DNA of 64,000 nucleotides from Haliotis cracherodii (Eukaryota): NCBI RefSeq assembly GCF_022045235.1, contig NW_027266319.1, positions 55,924,001 to 55,988,000 of the forward strand, read 5' to 3'. Shown piece by piece: positions 12,293 to 25,500 of this stretch (position 1 is its first letter; each line of letters starts with the position of its first letter). The notes under the pieces were generated by a model. It saw only the letters and a program-made list of their open reading frames with translations, ran no database searches and was not told where the DNA came from. The position numbers and the translations under genes were made by a program.

Positions 12293-14438
12293 CTTGGGAT
12301 GTATTCTGCAGTGAAAATAAATTCTTTTAGCGAGTGAGCGAGTTGGGTTTAACGCAGCTATTAACAGTTATATCACGGCGTGTCAGCTTAATATGGGAGG
12401 GAAGGCCGCAGTGATGCAGGTTTTAGACGTTTACCACTTCGGCGAAACCCACGAGCACGGTTATGGTGCTTACAAACTTAGAAACATAACCGGGGTGAAC
12501 CGGGATTCCAACCCACAATCTGGCGTGCCCAAGGAACGCAACTCAGCACCGCGAATTGCGGCGCCTTAGACGACAGAGCCCCCCGTGCCCCACTGAATTG
12601 TTTTAAGAAGCTGCATTCTCATGTGGGTGTGATTATTGTTGCTGATTGCCTTATGAAACGCTGATTGCTTAAGATGTAATGGATTTGACGACTGACTATC
12701 ATTACAAACAATTAAATCCTCAGTTAAATCCACATTTTGTAACCAATGCCAACTGAAATGATAAGTTACACGTAAACTAATCAGACAGATAGTATTACTC
12801 ACCAGAAGGACACGAGACAGGTCACAGTTGTTATGAATGTCGTGTCCCTGGTATTTATACATTCTTTCCATTCATCAACCCGTGAAGTGAATCTGTTGCC
12901 AAAATATGTTAAGTGCCTGTTTGACAGAAACGTGCAAATGTAAATATGAAAAGAGATAAGTATCTACTTAGTCCACACCTCCTAATTGTCCTCTTTACGA
13001 GGGCTGTGTGTGAAGTGTATTTGTGTGTGATATCTATTTTTTTAAATTGTGTTGAGAATACTTAAAAGAAACTTATCACACCTCCATGTCAGAATATTCA
13101 GATCTAATTGGTTCATGTGATACTGATAAAATTCTATGTATTTCAAGTGGGAGGGAAATACATTTCTGAGTGGGAAAATATATCCCGTATACCCCGACAT
13201 GAAAAAAACAGGCTGCACGTGTATTTATGAGCGAGGCCATATATATTGCACCCTGCTACGAAGCACAAAGCTGCACATTGTTTACGAGTCAAAGAATGAC
13301 ACGAGAAACATCACAAGTTACCCTTAGCTCATTTGAGCAGTGGTTTTCTATCTGTTTTCAATTTGTTTTAATTTTTAATCGCTGTGGCAGTATCACACGG
13401 GGTATATATGAATTTGTGCGTCCCACGTTAGGTTTTAAACCACGAGCTGGATACTGCTACAATTTCTTATATTTGTGTACCAGAGGTGTATATGGCCATC
13501 TCTGAGAAAAATATATTTTCCATTCAGCAAACACTGGAAGCCTTCAATTTGTAGATCCAAAATAAAAGAAACCAAAACATTTGCATGTTTATAGAAAGCA
13601 TCTTGTCGGTTACAATTTTTACACTGAAAGCAGAGTTGTATGTAAACTTGTAGACTTAAATATTCTCAAACAAATCTTTTAAAAATAAATATCACACACA
13701 AATACACTTCACACACAGCCCTCGTAAAGAGGACAATTAGGAGGTGTGGACTAAGTAGATACTTATCTCTTTTCATATTTACATTTGCACGTTTCTGTCA
13801 AACAGGCACTTAACATATTTTGGCAACAGATTCACTTCACGGGTTGATGAATGGAAAGAATGTATAAATACCAGGGACACGACATTCATAACAACTGTGA
13901 CCTGTCTCGTGTCCTTCTGGTAAGTAATACTTTATGCACTATCTGTCTGATTAGTTTACGTGTAACTTATCATTTCAGTTGGCATTGGTTACAAAATGTG
14001 GATTTAACTGAGGATTTAATTGTTTGTAATGATAGTCAGTCGTCAAATCCATTACATCTTAAGCAATCAGCGTTTCATAAGACAATCAGCAACAATAATC
14101 ACACCCACATGAGAATGCAGCTTCTTAAAACAATTCAGTGGGGCACGGGGGGCTCTGTCGTCTAAGGCGCCGCAATTCGCGGTGCTGAGTTGCGTTCCTT
14201 GGGCACGCCAGATTGTGGGTTCGAATCCTGGTTCACCCCGATTATGTTTCTACGTTTGTAAGCACCATACCCGTGCTCGTGGGTTTCGCCGAAGTGGTAA
14301 ACGTCTAAAACCTGCATCACTGCGGCCTTCCCTCCCATATTAAGCTGACACGCCGTGATATAACTGTTAATAGCTGCGTTAAACCCAACTCGCTCACTCG
14401 CTAAAAGAATTTATTTTCACTGCAGAATACATCCCAAG

Positions 14439-15718
14439 ATGCGTTTGTTCCTTGTCCTCCTGCTTGTGGCCATAGTCTCCATCCCTCAGTCTGATGCTTG
14501 GGGACGACGGAGACGACGGTTCGTTAGATGGCGCACAGTTGGCACAATAGCACGGATTGGAGCCAGGGTGTTGTTGGGTGAGTGAAGCCAAAGAGTACTT
14601 CATTAAGTGCCTGTCATACAGTATCTTCTATTTTCCCAAACTGTAATGGAGTTACGGTTTAAGTTATAGAACAATGAGCGGCTGTAGTAGGACCAAATCG
14701 GTGATGTATCAAGTACATTAACGTCTCTCTTTTACATCAGGTTCAAATGAAAATAATTAATTAAATGCCTAAAAGGCCAACTCTGCTTTCAGTGTAGAAA
14801 TTGTAACCAACAAGATGCTTTCTATAATCATGCAGTTGTGTAGACCGATGCTCATGATATAAGTCACTGGATTGTCTGTGCCACAACAAGTTATTTAAGG
14901 ACCACTGTCGTTAAGCACTACAGAATGAGACAAGATGTTGTTCGTTATTTGTTTTGATGTAAATTTAAGTCAGTCAGCCAAAGAGCTATATACATGTACG
15001 ATGACGATTTGAAATGGAAACGTGTATATGTTTTGGAATGTTACTGTAGATGTATATAAATATGTTCATTTGATATCAATACTCATAGCCTGATTAAAAG
15101 TGACCACTATCTCATATTCCTTAACTGAAAATGCATTCGTGTTCTTTATTTTGTATCTTTCCAAACATGACTATTTTCATTCAAGGCAAACGAAATGTGG
15201 ATAACCTTGATACAAACATGGACGGCACAATTGACCTGTCCGAAGCTGAGACGCTAATGGACAGACGATCGGCCATGGAGCTCCTTTCGTTCTCAGATGA
15301 AAATGGTAAGAGCTTTTGCCTTCAACTTCATTGATACAAATGAAATGTTTATTACTTTTAAAATAATGTAATTATTTGTCAGATGTTTGTATTTTTTTAC
15401 TCTCATGGGTAATGCGTACCCTTTTCCCGAATAAATCTGACTCCTGAAAATTTATTCTGACTGATTGCAACAACCTTTCTCCATTTAGGAGACTCAAGCG
15501 TGAGTTTGGAAGAGTTCGCAAGGAGCATCAACAACTTGGAGCAGTGAGTCAAATGTAAGGTGGAGCAAATCTTACTGCAATGATCCGTTTTATACAGTAG
15601 AAACCGTCATCCGTTCAACATAACTGTATCTGAAAATGTATGCTTCAGCAATAATTTCATGTCAAATATGCCAAGATCATATGATTTGATGTATTTCTTT
15701 TGTAGATCACTCTATTGA
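14439..15718 (+). CDS. Secreted cationic peptide precursor with two EF-hands, copy 3 (K39R)
   Basis: Coding exons 14439-14577, 15186-15305, 15489-15543, 15706-15718; open frame; signal peptide, GKR and both EF loops intact. Confidence 0.87.
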
Positions 15719-16391
15719 AGAGACACTGGCATCGCACTTTGAAGGCGATTTCGAGGATGTATTCCTGAATAGTGTTCCCACAAGTCAATAGTTTCAATAA
15801 ATAATTATAACAATCACCTTTGTTGTGTCTTGCTCATTAAAGACGTCTTTACAGGTGTCATTTCAGACAACAGGTGATCCAATATGTAATGCTTGTATCT
15901 GATTTCTAATGTGTTCACTGCCACCATCTCGTTCAACATAATATTGATCTGCAATCGTACAACAACATAATCAGCAAAATGTATATTATATCAAGTATAT
16001 CTGATATACAATAGAGATGAGAAAGGTATATGATGTTTAATTGTTTGTTTGTTGTGCGAACGCCGCACTCAGCAATATTCCAGATATATGACGGCGGTCT
16101 GTAAATAATCGAGTATGGACCAGTCAATCCAGTGATTAATATCATGAAAATAATTCCACGCAATTGGTATTCGATGACATGCATCAACCAAGTCAGCGAG
16201 CCTAACCACCCGATCCCGTTAGTCGCTTCTTACGACAAGCATAGTCGCCTTATGGTTTGCTGAAGACCTATTCTATCCCGGATCTTCACGGCTCGTTATG
16301 TTAAGCGAGTGAGTGAGATAGTTCAATGTTAACGTCACATCGACAATACACTATTTCAGCCATATCATGACGACATATAGTTATACATTCC

Positions 16392-16454
<63 letters not shown>

Positions 16455-16798
16455 TATATATATATACTGTATAAAAACCCGTCTGCAATAACTAGCTAAT
16501 TACATCTTATATAAAACTTGTTTGAGCGAGTGAGTGTGAGTGAGTCAATATTTAACGCCACATCGGCAATATTTCAGGCATATCGTGACGAGAACATTAT
16601 TAATATATGAAATTATACAAATAAAAACTTGCCTGCGATGGACAGTATCATAACTAGATTATCACAGTTTAAAATTAAATCAAGTTGAGAGCATGTAAAA
16701 GACAACATTCAAGACCTATTCTATCCCGGATCTTCACGGATCGTTATGTTAAGCGAGTGAGTGAGATAGTTCAATGTTAACGTCACATCGACAATACA

Positions 16799-17023
16799 NN
16801 NNNNNNNNNNNNNNNNNNNNNNNNNNNNNNNNNNNNNNNNNNNNNNNNNNNNNNNNNNNNNNNNNNNNNNNNNNNNNNNNNNNNNNNNNNNNNNNNNNNN
16901 NNNNNNNNNNNNNNNNNNNNNNNNNNNNNNNNNNNNNNNNNNNNNNNNNNNNNNNNNNNNNNNNNNNNNNNNNNNNNNNNNNNNNNNNNNNNNNNNNNNN
17001 NNNNNNNNNNNNNNNNNNNNNNN
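16799..17023. other. Assembly gap
   Basis: Run of N at a position where a (CA)n tract is expected. Confidence 0.99.
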
Positions 17024-18607
17024 ACTAGATTATCACAGTTTCAAATTAAATCAAGTTGAGAGCATGTAAAAGACAAACAACACAATATAAAAAACGGACA
17101 AGGAACCGTAGGGACGATACTTCTGCCACCTGCACGGTTCCCAAGCAGAATTGACACTATCCCTTCAGCTGCTGGCAAGTGTAGTCAGTTTAATCCACCA
17201 GTTAAAACTAACAAATATACTACGCTTATAAATGTGATAGTTTAAATTTACTTTGAAAGATGTGGGACGTATGTACCCTGTCAGGGGGACACTGATATCT
17301 GATTCTTTATTCTCCATAGACCACCGACGGTGGTACAAGAGCATACATAAAGTACAGAGATAAATATAATATGTACATCAAGACGGCTGTGTGCATTTAG
17401 AGTTAGCATTCAAAGTGTTAAATACAAATAATACATATACATTAAGCATGTGGAACGCATGTACCCTCTCAGGGGGACACTGATATCACTGTACTTGGAT
17501 TCAACCACAAACAATCTTAGTTGCGAAATCGAAAACATGTTTTTAAAATAATATTAACAAAAATATTTCAAATAATTCTATATCCTTTAAAAGCCAATAT
17601 TTAAACGAGAATTAATTCTACGAAAAAGATCTTTAATAGATGATGATTTGAAAGATTGATCTTTCATCACAAGGGATGCAGAATGGAGGGTCCTCACCCT
17701 TCAATAAATGTTCATGACTTTAGCGTCAATGGCCAATACGACATCATCGGTTTTTGACCTTTCCAAATCTGGACTGACTAACCAAAATCGGTGTAACCGA
17801 TGGTTGGTGTAATTTCATGTAGCGTATTTATACATGTACCTACTCGGGTGTCCCTCTTCTTTGCATGAGGGGGCACGGGTGGCCCAGTCGTCTTGTCCGT
17901 TTTTTATATTGTGTTGTTGTTGTCTTTTACATGCTCTCAACTTGATTTATTTGAAACTGTGATAATCTAGTTATGATACTGTCCATCACTGATTAAATAT
18001 TGGCTTTTAAAGGATATAGAATTATTTGAAATATTTTTGTTAATATTTTTGTAAAAACATGTTTTCAAATTCGCAACTGAGATTGTTTGTGGTTGAATCC
18101 AAGTACAGTGATATCAGTGTCCCCCTGAGAGGGTACATACGTTCCACATGCTTAATGTATATGTATTATTTGTATTAAACACCTTGAATGCTAACTCTAA
18201 ATGCACACAGCCGTCTTGATGTACATATTATATTTATCTCTGTACTTTATGTATGCTCTTGTACCACCGTCGGTGGTCTATGGAGAATAAAGAATCTGAT
18301 ATCAGTGTCCCCCTGAGAGGGTACATACGTTCCACCTCTTTCAAAGTAAATTTAAACTATCACATTTATAAGCGTAGTATATTTGTTAGTTTTAACTGGT
18401 GGATTAAACTGACTACACTTGCCAGCAGCTGAAGGGATAGTGTCAATTCTGCTGGGGAACCGTGCAGGTGGCAGAAGTATCGTCCCTACGGTTCCTTGTC
18501 CGTTTTTTATATTGTGATGTTGTTGTCTTTTACATGCTCTCAACTTGATTTAATTTGAAACTGTAATAATCTAGTTATGATACTGTCCATCACTGATGCG
18601 CGCGCGC

Positions 18608-18675
<68 letters not shown>

Positions 18676-19262
18676 GGAATATATAACTATATGTCGTCAT
18701 GATATGACTGAAATAGTGTATTGTCGATGTGACGGTAACATTGAACTATCTCACTCACTCGCTTAACATAACGAGCCGTGAAGATCCGGGATAGAATAGG
18801 TCTTCAGCAAACCATAAGGCGACCATGCTTGTCGTAAGAAGCGACTAACGGGATCGGGTGGTTAGGCTCGCTGACTTGAACAAACATATGCTCATGTCAT
18901 AACTCCTTTTGAGGAACTACCTTTGCTGGTAATGTTGTACGATTAAACAAACAACAAACAAAACAAATATTGTATATCAGATATACTTGGTATGATATAC
19001 ATTTTGCAGATTATGTTGTTGTGCGATTGCAGATCAATATTATGTTGAACGAGATGGTGGCAGTGAACACATTAGAAATCAGATACAAGCATTACATATT
19101 GGATCACCTGTTGTCTGAAATGACACCTGTAAAGACGTCTTTAATGAGCAAGACACAACAAAGGTGATTGTTATAATTATTTATTGAAACTATTGACTTG
19201 TGGGAACACTATTCAGGAATATATCCTCGAAATCGCCTTCAAAGTGCGACGCCAGTGTCTCT

Positions 19263-20557
19263 TCAATAGAGTGATCTACAAAAGAAATACATCAAATCAT
19301 ATGATCTTGGCATATTTGACTTGAAATTATTGCTGAACCATACATTTTCAGATACAGTTATGTTGAACGGATGATGGTTTCTACTGCATAAAACGGATCA
19401 TTGCAGTGTAAGATTTGCTCCACCTTACATTTGACTCACTGCTCCAAGTTGTTGATGCTCCTTGCGAACTCTTCCAAACTCACGCTTGAGTCTCCTAAAT
19501 GGAGAAAGGTTGTTGCAGTCAGGCAGAATAAATGTTCAGGAGTCAGATTTATTCGGGAAAAGGGTCCTAATTACCCATGAGAGTCAAAACAAATACAAAC
19601 ACTTGACAAATAATTACATTATTTTAAACATTTCATTTGAATAAATGAAGTTGAAGGCAGACAAGAGCTCTTACCATTTTCATCTAAGAACGAAAGGAGC
19701 TCCATGGCCGATCGTCTGTCCATTAGCGTCTCAGCTTCGGACAGGTCAATTGTGCCGTCCATGTTTGTATCAAGGTTATCCACATTACGTTTGACTTGAA
19801 AGAAAATGGTCATGTTTGGAAAGATACAAAATGAAAGAACACGAATGCATTTTCGGTTAAGGAATATGAGATTGTGGTCACTTTTAATCAGGCTATGAGT
19901 ATTGATATCAAATGAACATATTTATATACATCTACAGTAACATTCAAAAACATATACACTTTTCCATTTCAAATCGTCATCGTATGTAGCTCTTCGGCTC
20001 GCTGACTAACATTTACATCAAAACAAATAACGAACACCATTCTGTCTCATTCTGTAGTGCTTAATGACATGATCACATTTTCATTATGTTCGTTTTCTAG
20101 ATTAGACTAGTCCATGTAATGTTTTCATACATTCAAAAACAATGTTCGGTGTCCGTTTTCGTTCAGCAATATTCCAGGTAATATAACAGTGGGACTTACA
20201 TAACTGGGTGTGGCACAGACAATCCAGTGACTTATATCATGAGCATCGGTCTACACAACTGCAAAAAAGAGACGTTAATGTACTTGATACATCACCGATT
20301 TGGTCCTACTACTGCCGCTCATTGTTCCATAACTTAAACCGTAACTCCAGTACAGTTTGGGAAAATAGAAGATACTGTATGTCAGGCACTTAATGAAGTA
20401 CTCTTTGGCTTCGCTCACCCAACAACACCCTGGCTCCAATCTTTGCTATTGTGCCAACTGTGCGCCATCTAACGAACCGTCGTCTCCGTCGTCCCCAAGC
20501 ATCAGACTGAGGGATGGAGACTATGGCCACAAGCAGGAGGACAAGGAACAAACGCAT
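19263..20557 (-). CDS. Secreted cationic peptide precursor with two EF-hands, copy 4 (G47V, S83L)
   Basis: Coding exons 20557-20419, 19794-19675, 19494-19440, 19275-19263; open frame; amidation Gly replaced by Val. Confidence 0.83.
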
Positions 20558-22584
20558 CTTGGGATGTATTCTGCAGTGAAAATAAATTCTTTTAGCGAGT
20601 GAGCGAGTTGGGTTTAACGCAGCTATTAACAGTTATATCACGGCGTGTCAGCTTAATATGGGAGGGAAGGCCGCAGTGATGCAAGTTTTAGACGTTTACC
20701 GCGTCGGCGAAACCCACGAGCACGGGTATGGTGCTTACAAACGTAGAAACATAACCGGGGTGAACCGGGATTCGAACCCACAATCTGGCGTGCCCAAGGA
20801 ACGCAACTCAGCACCGCGAATTGCGGCGCCTGAGACGACTGAGCCCCCCGTGCCCCACTGAATTGTTTTAAGAAGCCGCATTCTCATGTGGGTGTGATTA
20901 TTGTTTCTGATTGCCTTATGAAACGCTGATTGCTTAAGATGTAATGGATTTGACGACTGACTATCATTACAAACAATTAAATCCTCAGTTAAATCCACAT
21001 TTTGTAACCAATGCCAACTGAAATGATAAGTTACACGTAAACTAATCAGACAGATAGTGCATAAAGTATTACTTACCAGAAGGACACGAGACAGGTCACA
21101 GTTGTTATGAATGTCGTGTTCCTGGTATTTATACATTCTTTCCGTTCATCAACCCGTGAAGTTAATCTGTTGCCAAAATATGTTAAGTGCCTGTTTGACA
21201 GAAACGTGCAAATGTAAATATGAAAAGAGATAAGTATCTACTTAGTCCACACCTCCTAATTGTCCTCTTTACGAGGGCTTTGTGTGAAGTGTATTTGTGT
21301 GTGATATCTATTTTTTTAAATTGTTTGAGAATATTTTAAAGAAACTTATCACACCTCCATGTCAGAATATTCAGATCTAATTGGTTCATGTGATACTGAT
21401 AAAATTCTACGTATCTCAAGCGGGAGGGAAATACATTTCTGAGTGGGAAAATATATCCCTTATTCCCCGACATGAAAAAACAGGCTACACGTGTATTTAT
21501 GAGCGAGGCCATATATCTTGCACCCTGCTACGAAGCACAAAGCTGCACATTGTTTACGAGTCAAAGAATGACACGAGAGACATCACAAGTTACCCTTAGC
21601 TCATTCGAGCAGTGGTTTTCTATCTGTTTTCAATTTGTTTTAATTTTTAATCGCTGTGGCAGTATCATACGGAGTATATGTGAATTTGTGCGTCCCACGT
21701 TAGGTTTTAAACCACGAGCTGGATACTGCTACAACTTCTAATATTTGTGTACCAGAGGTGTATATGGCCATCTCTGAGAAAAATATATTTTCCATTCAGG
21801 AAACACTGGAGGCCTTCAAAACGACTGATGCATGAAATTACCACTGGGTCACAGGTCAATTGACTTTATTGTATAAGCGCACTTTACAGATATTGTCTCG
21901 GTGGGGCGTCCTCTGGCCACTTTGGTTCAGCTGCTGTCACATCTGTCAATCACTTTAACATACATCACAGGGGAAAGGTCAACAAGAAAGGTGACATCGA
22001 TTTCGAGTAGTTCACATAAGTTTGATAAATACATGATCCCTATGTTTAAAGTAATTTGTTACTTATTGAATATTGAGTCACGGTCAAAACATTGTTTTCT
22101 ATTCCTCCTTGTAATGACAAACATGTATATACCATATCGCCATAGCTTGAAACTTAAAAAACACTTGGGACAGAGAATTCGAAATTCGTCGTAGTTCTTA
22201 AGTTCTTAAATGTGTACCCGAGTCTGTAAATGTGTACGTGAGGCTATTGTTGTGCATATAATACAGCACTTAAGTAACTGTAATGTCTTCAAATCTGCAC
22301 ATACACCATTTCGCAAACCACAATGTATATTTATCTATGCTGTAAAAAGCCTGCACGTCAGTCTACACGTCAGCCTGCACAAAGTACTTAACATGCAAAT
22401 ATTCAAAAAAAGGAAAGGAAACGACAAAACAAAAAACAAACTCAAAGAAGCGCATCTCCTCTTGAGGTACCTCTTACTAACTCGTTTGGACCTCTGGATA
22501 TGGAGGTGACCCTGTCTTCCGAAGACAGAGGTAGAAATTCTTCTTCCTCACGACCACGTGAGAGGTCACCTATTGAACCACCGT

Positions 22585-25500
22585 TGAACCATTGAACCAT
22601 CTTTTAGCTTATGTTAAAAACTCATGGATCACAGCAAATGGTGTATATCTACTACTAGACAGGTCACTGTTTGGACTTGAAAAACACGTGTTATACTGCT
22701 GTGTGTATATTCACCCAGAAGGATCTACATGGTACGACAGTAATGTTGGATCTAAAAACGGTATATTGCTATTTCAGGATGAACTGCTTGACATCCTAGG
22801 TGATGTTGGTGACGTTTCGTGCATTTTAGGGGGTGACTTTAATGCAAGAACTGGCAAAGAGCCAGATTATGTAGAGGATGATATACTTGAATATCTCCAT
22901 GGCCAGGATACTTCATACTGGGACTTCCTCTTAGACAGGTTTAATCTGTGTAGATATTCAAACGATACTATTCTTAATAACTTTGGAAAATGTTTTATCA
23001 ATTTATGTGCTGTTTTAAATGTACACATTATGAATGGCCGCTGTGGAAGTGATTCCGAGAAAGGTGATTTTACATTTGTTGGCAATGCTGGAGCAAGTGT
23101 TATCGATTACATTATAAGCACCATAGATATATTTGACTTGTGCCAAAATTTTGATATTGAGTCACGCCACGAATCACAGCACCTGCCTATCACAATGTCA
23201 TTACGAGCGCTTCATTCAGGTGGAAAAACATCATTTGAAAACGCCTACCATAGTCATTCAATGTTTAAGTGGGATAACAGCAAAGCAGATATTTTCCAAG
23301 AACGACTGTTATCAGATACCTTTGCATGCCTCCTAAGAGAAGCTATTGATTCTGTTTTTACAAATATTGATGAAAGTGTATCGTTATTTACAGAAGCTAT
23401 TACATATGCAGGGAATGTAATGAAAAGGGAAGTAACCCCTAACAGAGAAAGTAAACAGTGGTTTGACTGGGAATGTGAGTTGTTAAAAAAAGAAAGATGC
23501 ACACTTTTAAACCATTTCAGAAAATTAAAGGATAAAGACTCACTTACTAAGTACACTGATTCGAAAAATAAGTATAAAGCTACTTGCAGAAAAAAGAAAC
23601 AAAATTTCATGGATAGAAGCAGAGAAAAACTAGAAGAAAGTATCAGCTCATCAAAACAGTTTTGGACGATCTTGAAAAACATCAGCAAAAAGAAGGAAAC
23701 TAAAAGTAACATCGAAATGCATGAGTGGTTTAATTACTTCAAAAATCTTTTCAGCGGTGATGATTCCACAAATAACTTCCCGTTGAACTCTTTTGATAAT
23801 GATGAAACCAATTTTGCAACGGAAATATTAGATTCCCCAATCTCAAAAGAAGAAATTAAATCTGTTATTCAAAATCTGAAAAACTTGAAAAGCCCGGGAT
23901 TTGATAAACTTATAACAGAATTCTTTAAATACTCTCTTGATAATACCCTGTCGTATTTGGAAATATTATTCAATACAATAATGGATACCTCTTACTTTCC
24001 AAAAGGTTGGACACTTGGAACCATCGTTCCAATTCACAAAAAAGGCTCAGTGACTGATGTTGAAAACTATAGGGGGATTACACTTACCAGTATATTCAGT
24101 AAGATATTTCTTAGCATTATTAATAAACGCTTGGTATTGTGGTCGGAAGCACTTGATAAGATTGAGGAAGAGCAAGCAGGTTTTCGACAAGGTTACTCAA
24201 CCACTGATAATATGTTTATTCTCCAGGCTCTTATAGATAGGTATATTCAACGTAAACGTGGAAAATTGTATGCTATATTTGTAGATTTTTCGAAAGCATT
24301 CGATTCAGTCTGTAGAGATAAGTTATGGTATTTATTTAATTCACATGGTGTCAGTAATAAAATGGGTAAATTGTTATGTGGTATTTATAAGGAAGTTAAA
24401 TCATGTGTTAAACAAAACGGCATGTATTCAGATTCTTTTATATGTCATACTGGTGTACGCCAAGGATGTGTATTAAGCCCTTTTTTGTTCTGTTTTTTCA
24501 TTAATGAGCTTGCAGCCCAAATCAAAAGAAATTATGATGATGGTATACAATTACATCCTGAACTTATAAAAATATTTATGTTACTATTTGCAGATGATAT
24601 AATCATGTTCTCGAGTACTGTGAAAGGTTTACAAACTTTGATAAATCAGCTAGAATTGTACTGTGATACGTGGAAACTTAATGCTAATCTAGATAAGACA
24701 AAAATTGTTGTATTTAGCAAAGGAAATACGCTGTCAAAAAACGAAAAGTGGTACTTTCGGGGACAATTACTCCAAACTGAAACCTCATATAAATATCTTG
24801 GTGTAATATTTTCAAGTAAATTATCATGGAACCGACATATATGTAATGCAGCAATCCAAGCTAAAAAGATGCTATTGGGCATTTTACAAACGTTTGAACA
24901 TTTTAGCGAGTGTGCTTATAAATCTTTTTTCAAAATCTTTGACACAAAAATAGCTCCTATTCTTTCCTATGGTTCAGAAATATGGGGTTTTGCAGAGGCT
25001 AAAGAAATTGAATCCGTACATTTATACGCATGCAAAATATTTCTTGGTGTTAAACATAGTACGTCTAACGTAATGGTTTATGGTGAATGTGGTCGCATGC
25101 CCTTGTATATATATCACTACTTAAAAATCATACGATACTGGTTAAAATTACTAAAAATGCCAGTAAGTAGATTGCCAAAAAAATGTTATAATATGATGCT
25201 ATTGTATGAAAAGAATGGAGATCAAAATTGGGCATACAATGTTAAATGTCTACTGTATAAATGTGGGTATGGTTACATCTGGGAAAACCAATGTTTCTTA
25301 GAGAATCATGCCATGTTCATATCGAAAATAAGGCAGACGCTTTTTGACATGTACTTTCAAACATGGAGATCTACTGTAGATGTTTCTAGCAAATGTGAAT
25401 ATTATAGATATTTTAAAATGCAAATATGCGCAGAAAAATATTTAACTGATGTAAATATAAGAAAATGCAGAATATCATTAACACAATTTAGATGCAGCTC

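Noticed and set aside
15131-15334. Stand-alone single-exon EF-hand ORF (also 19619-19813, 50316-50600, 61689-61973)
   Set aside because: These are exon 3 plus read-through into flanking introns, not separate genes.
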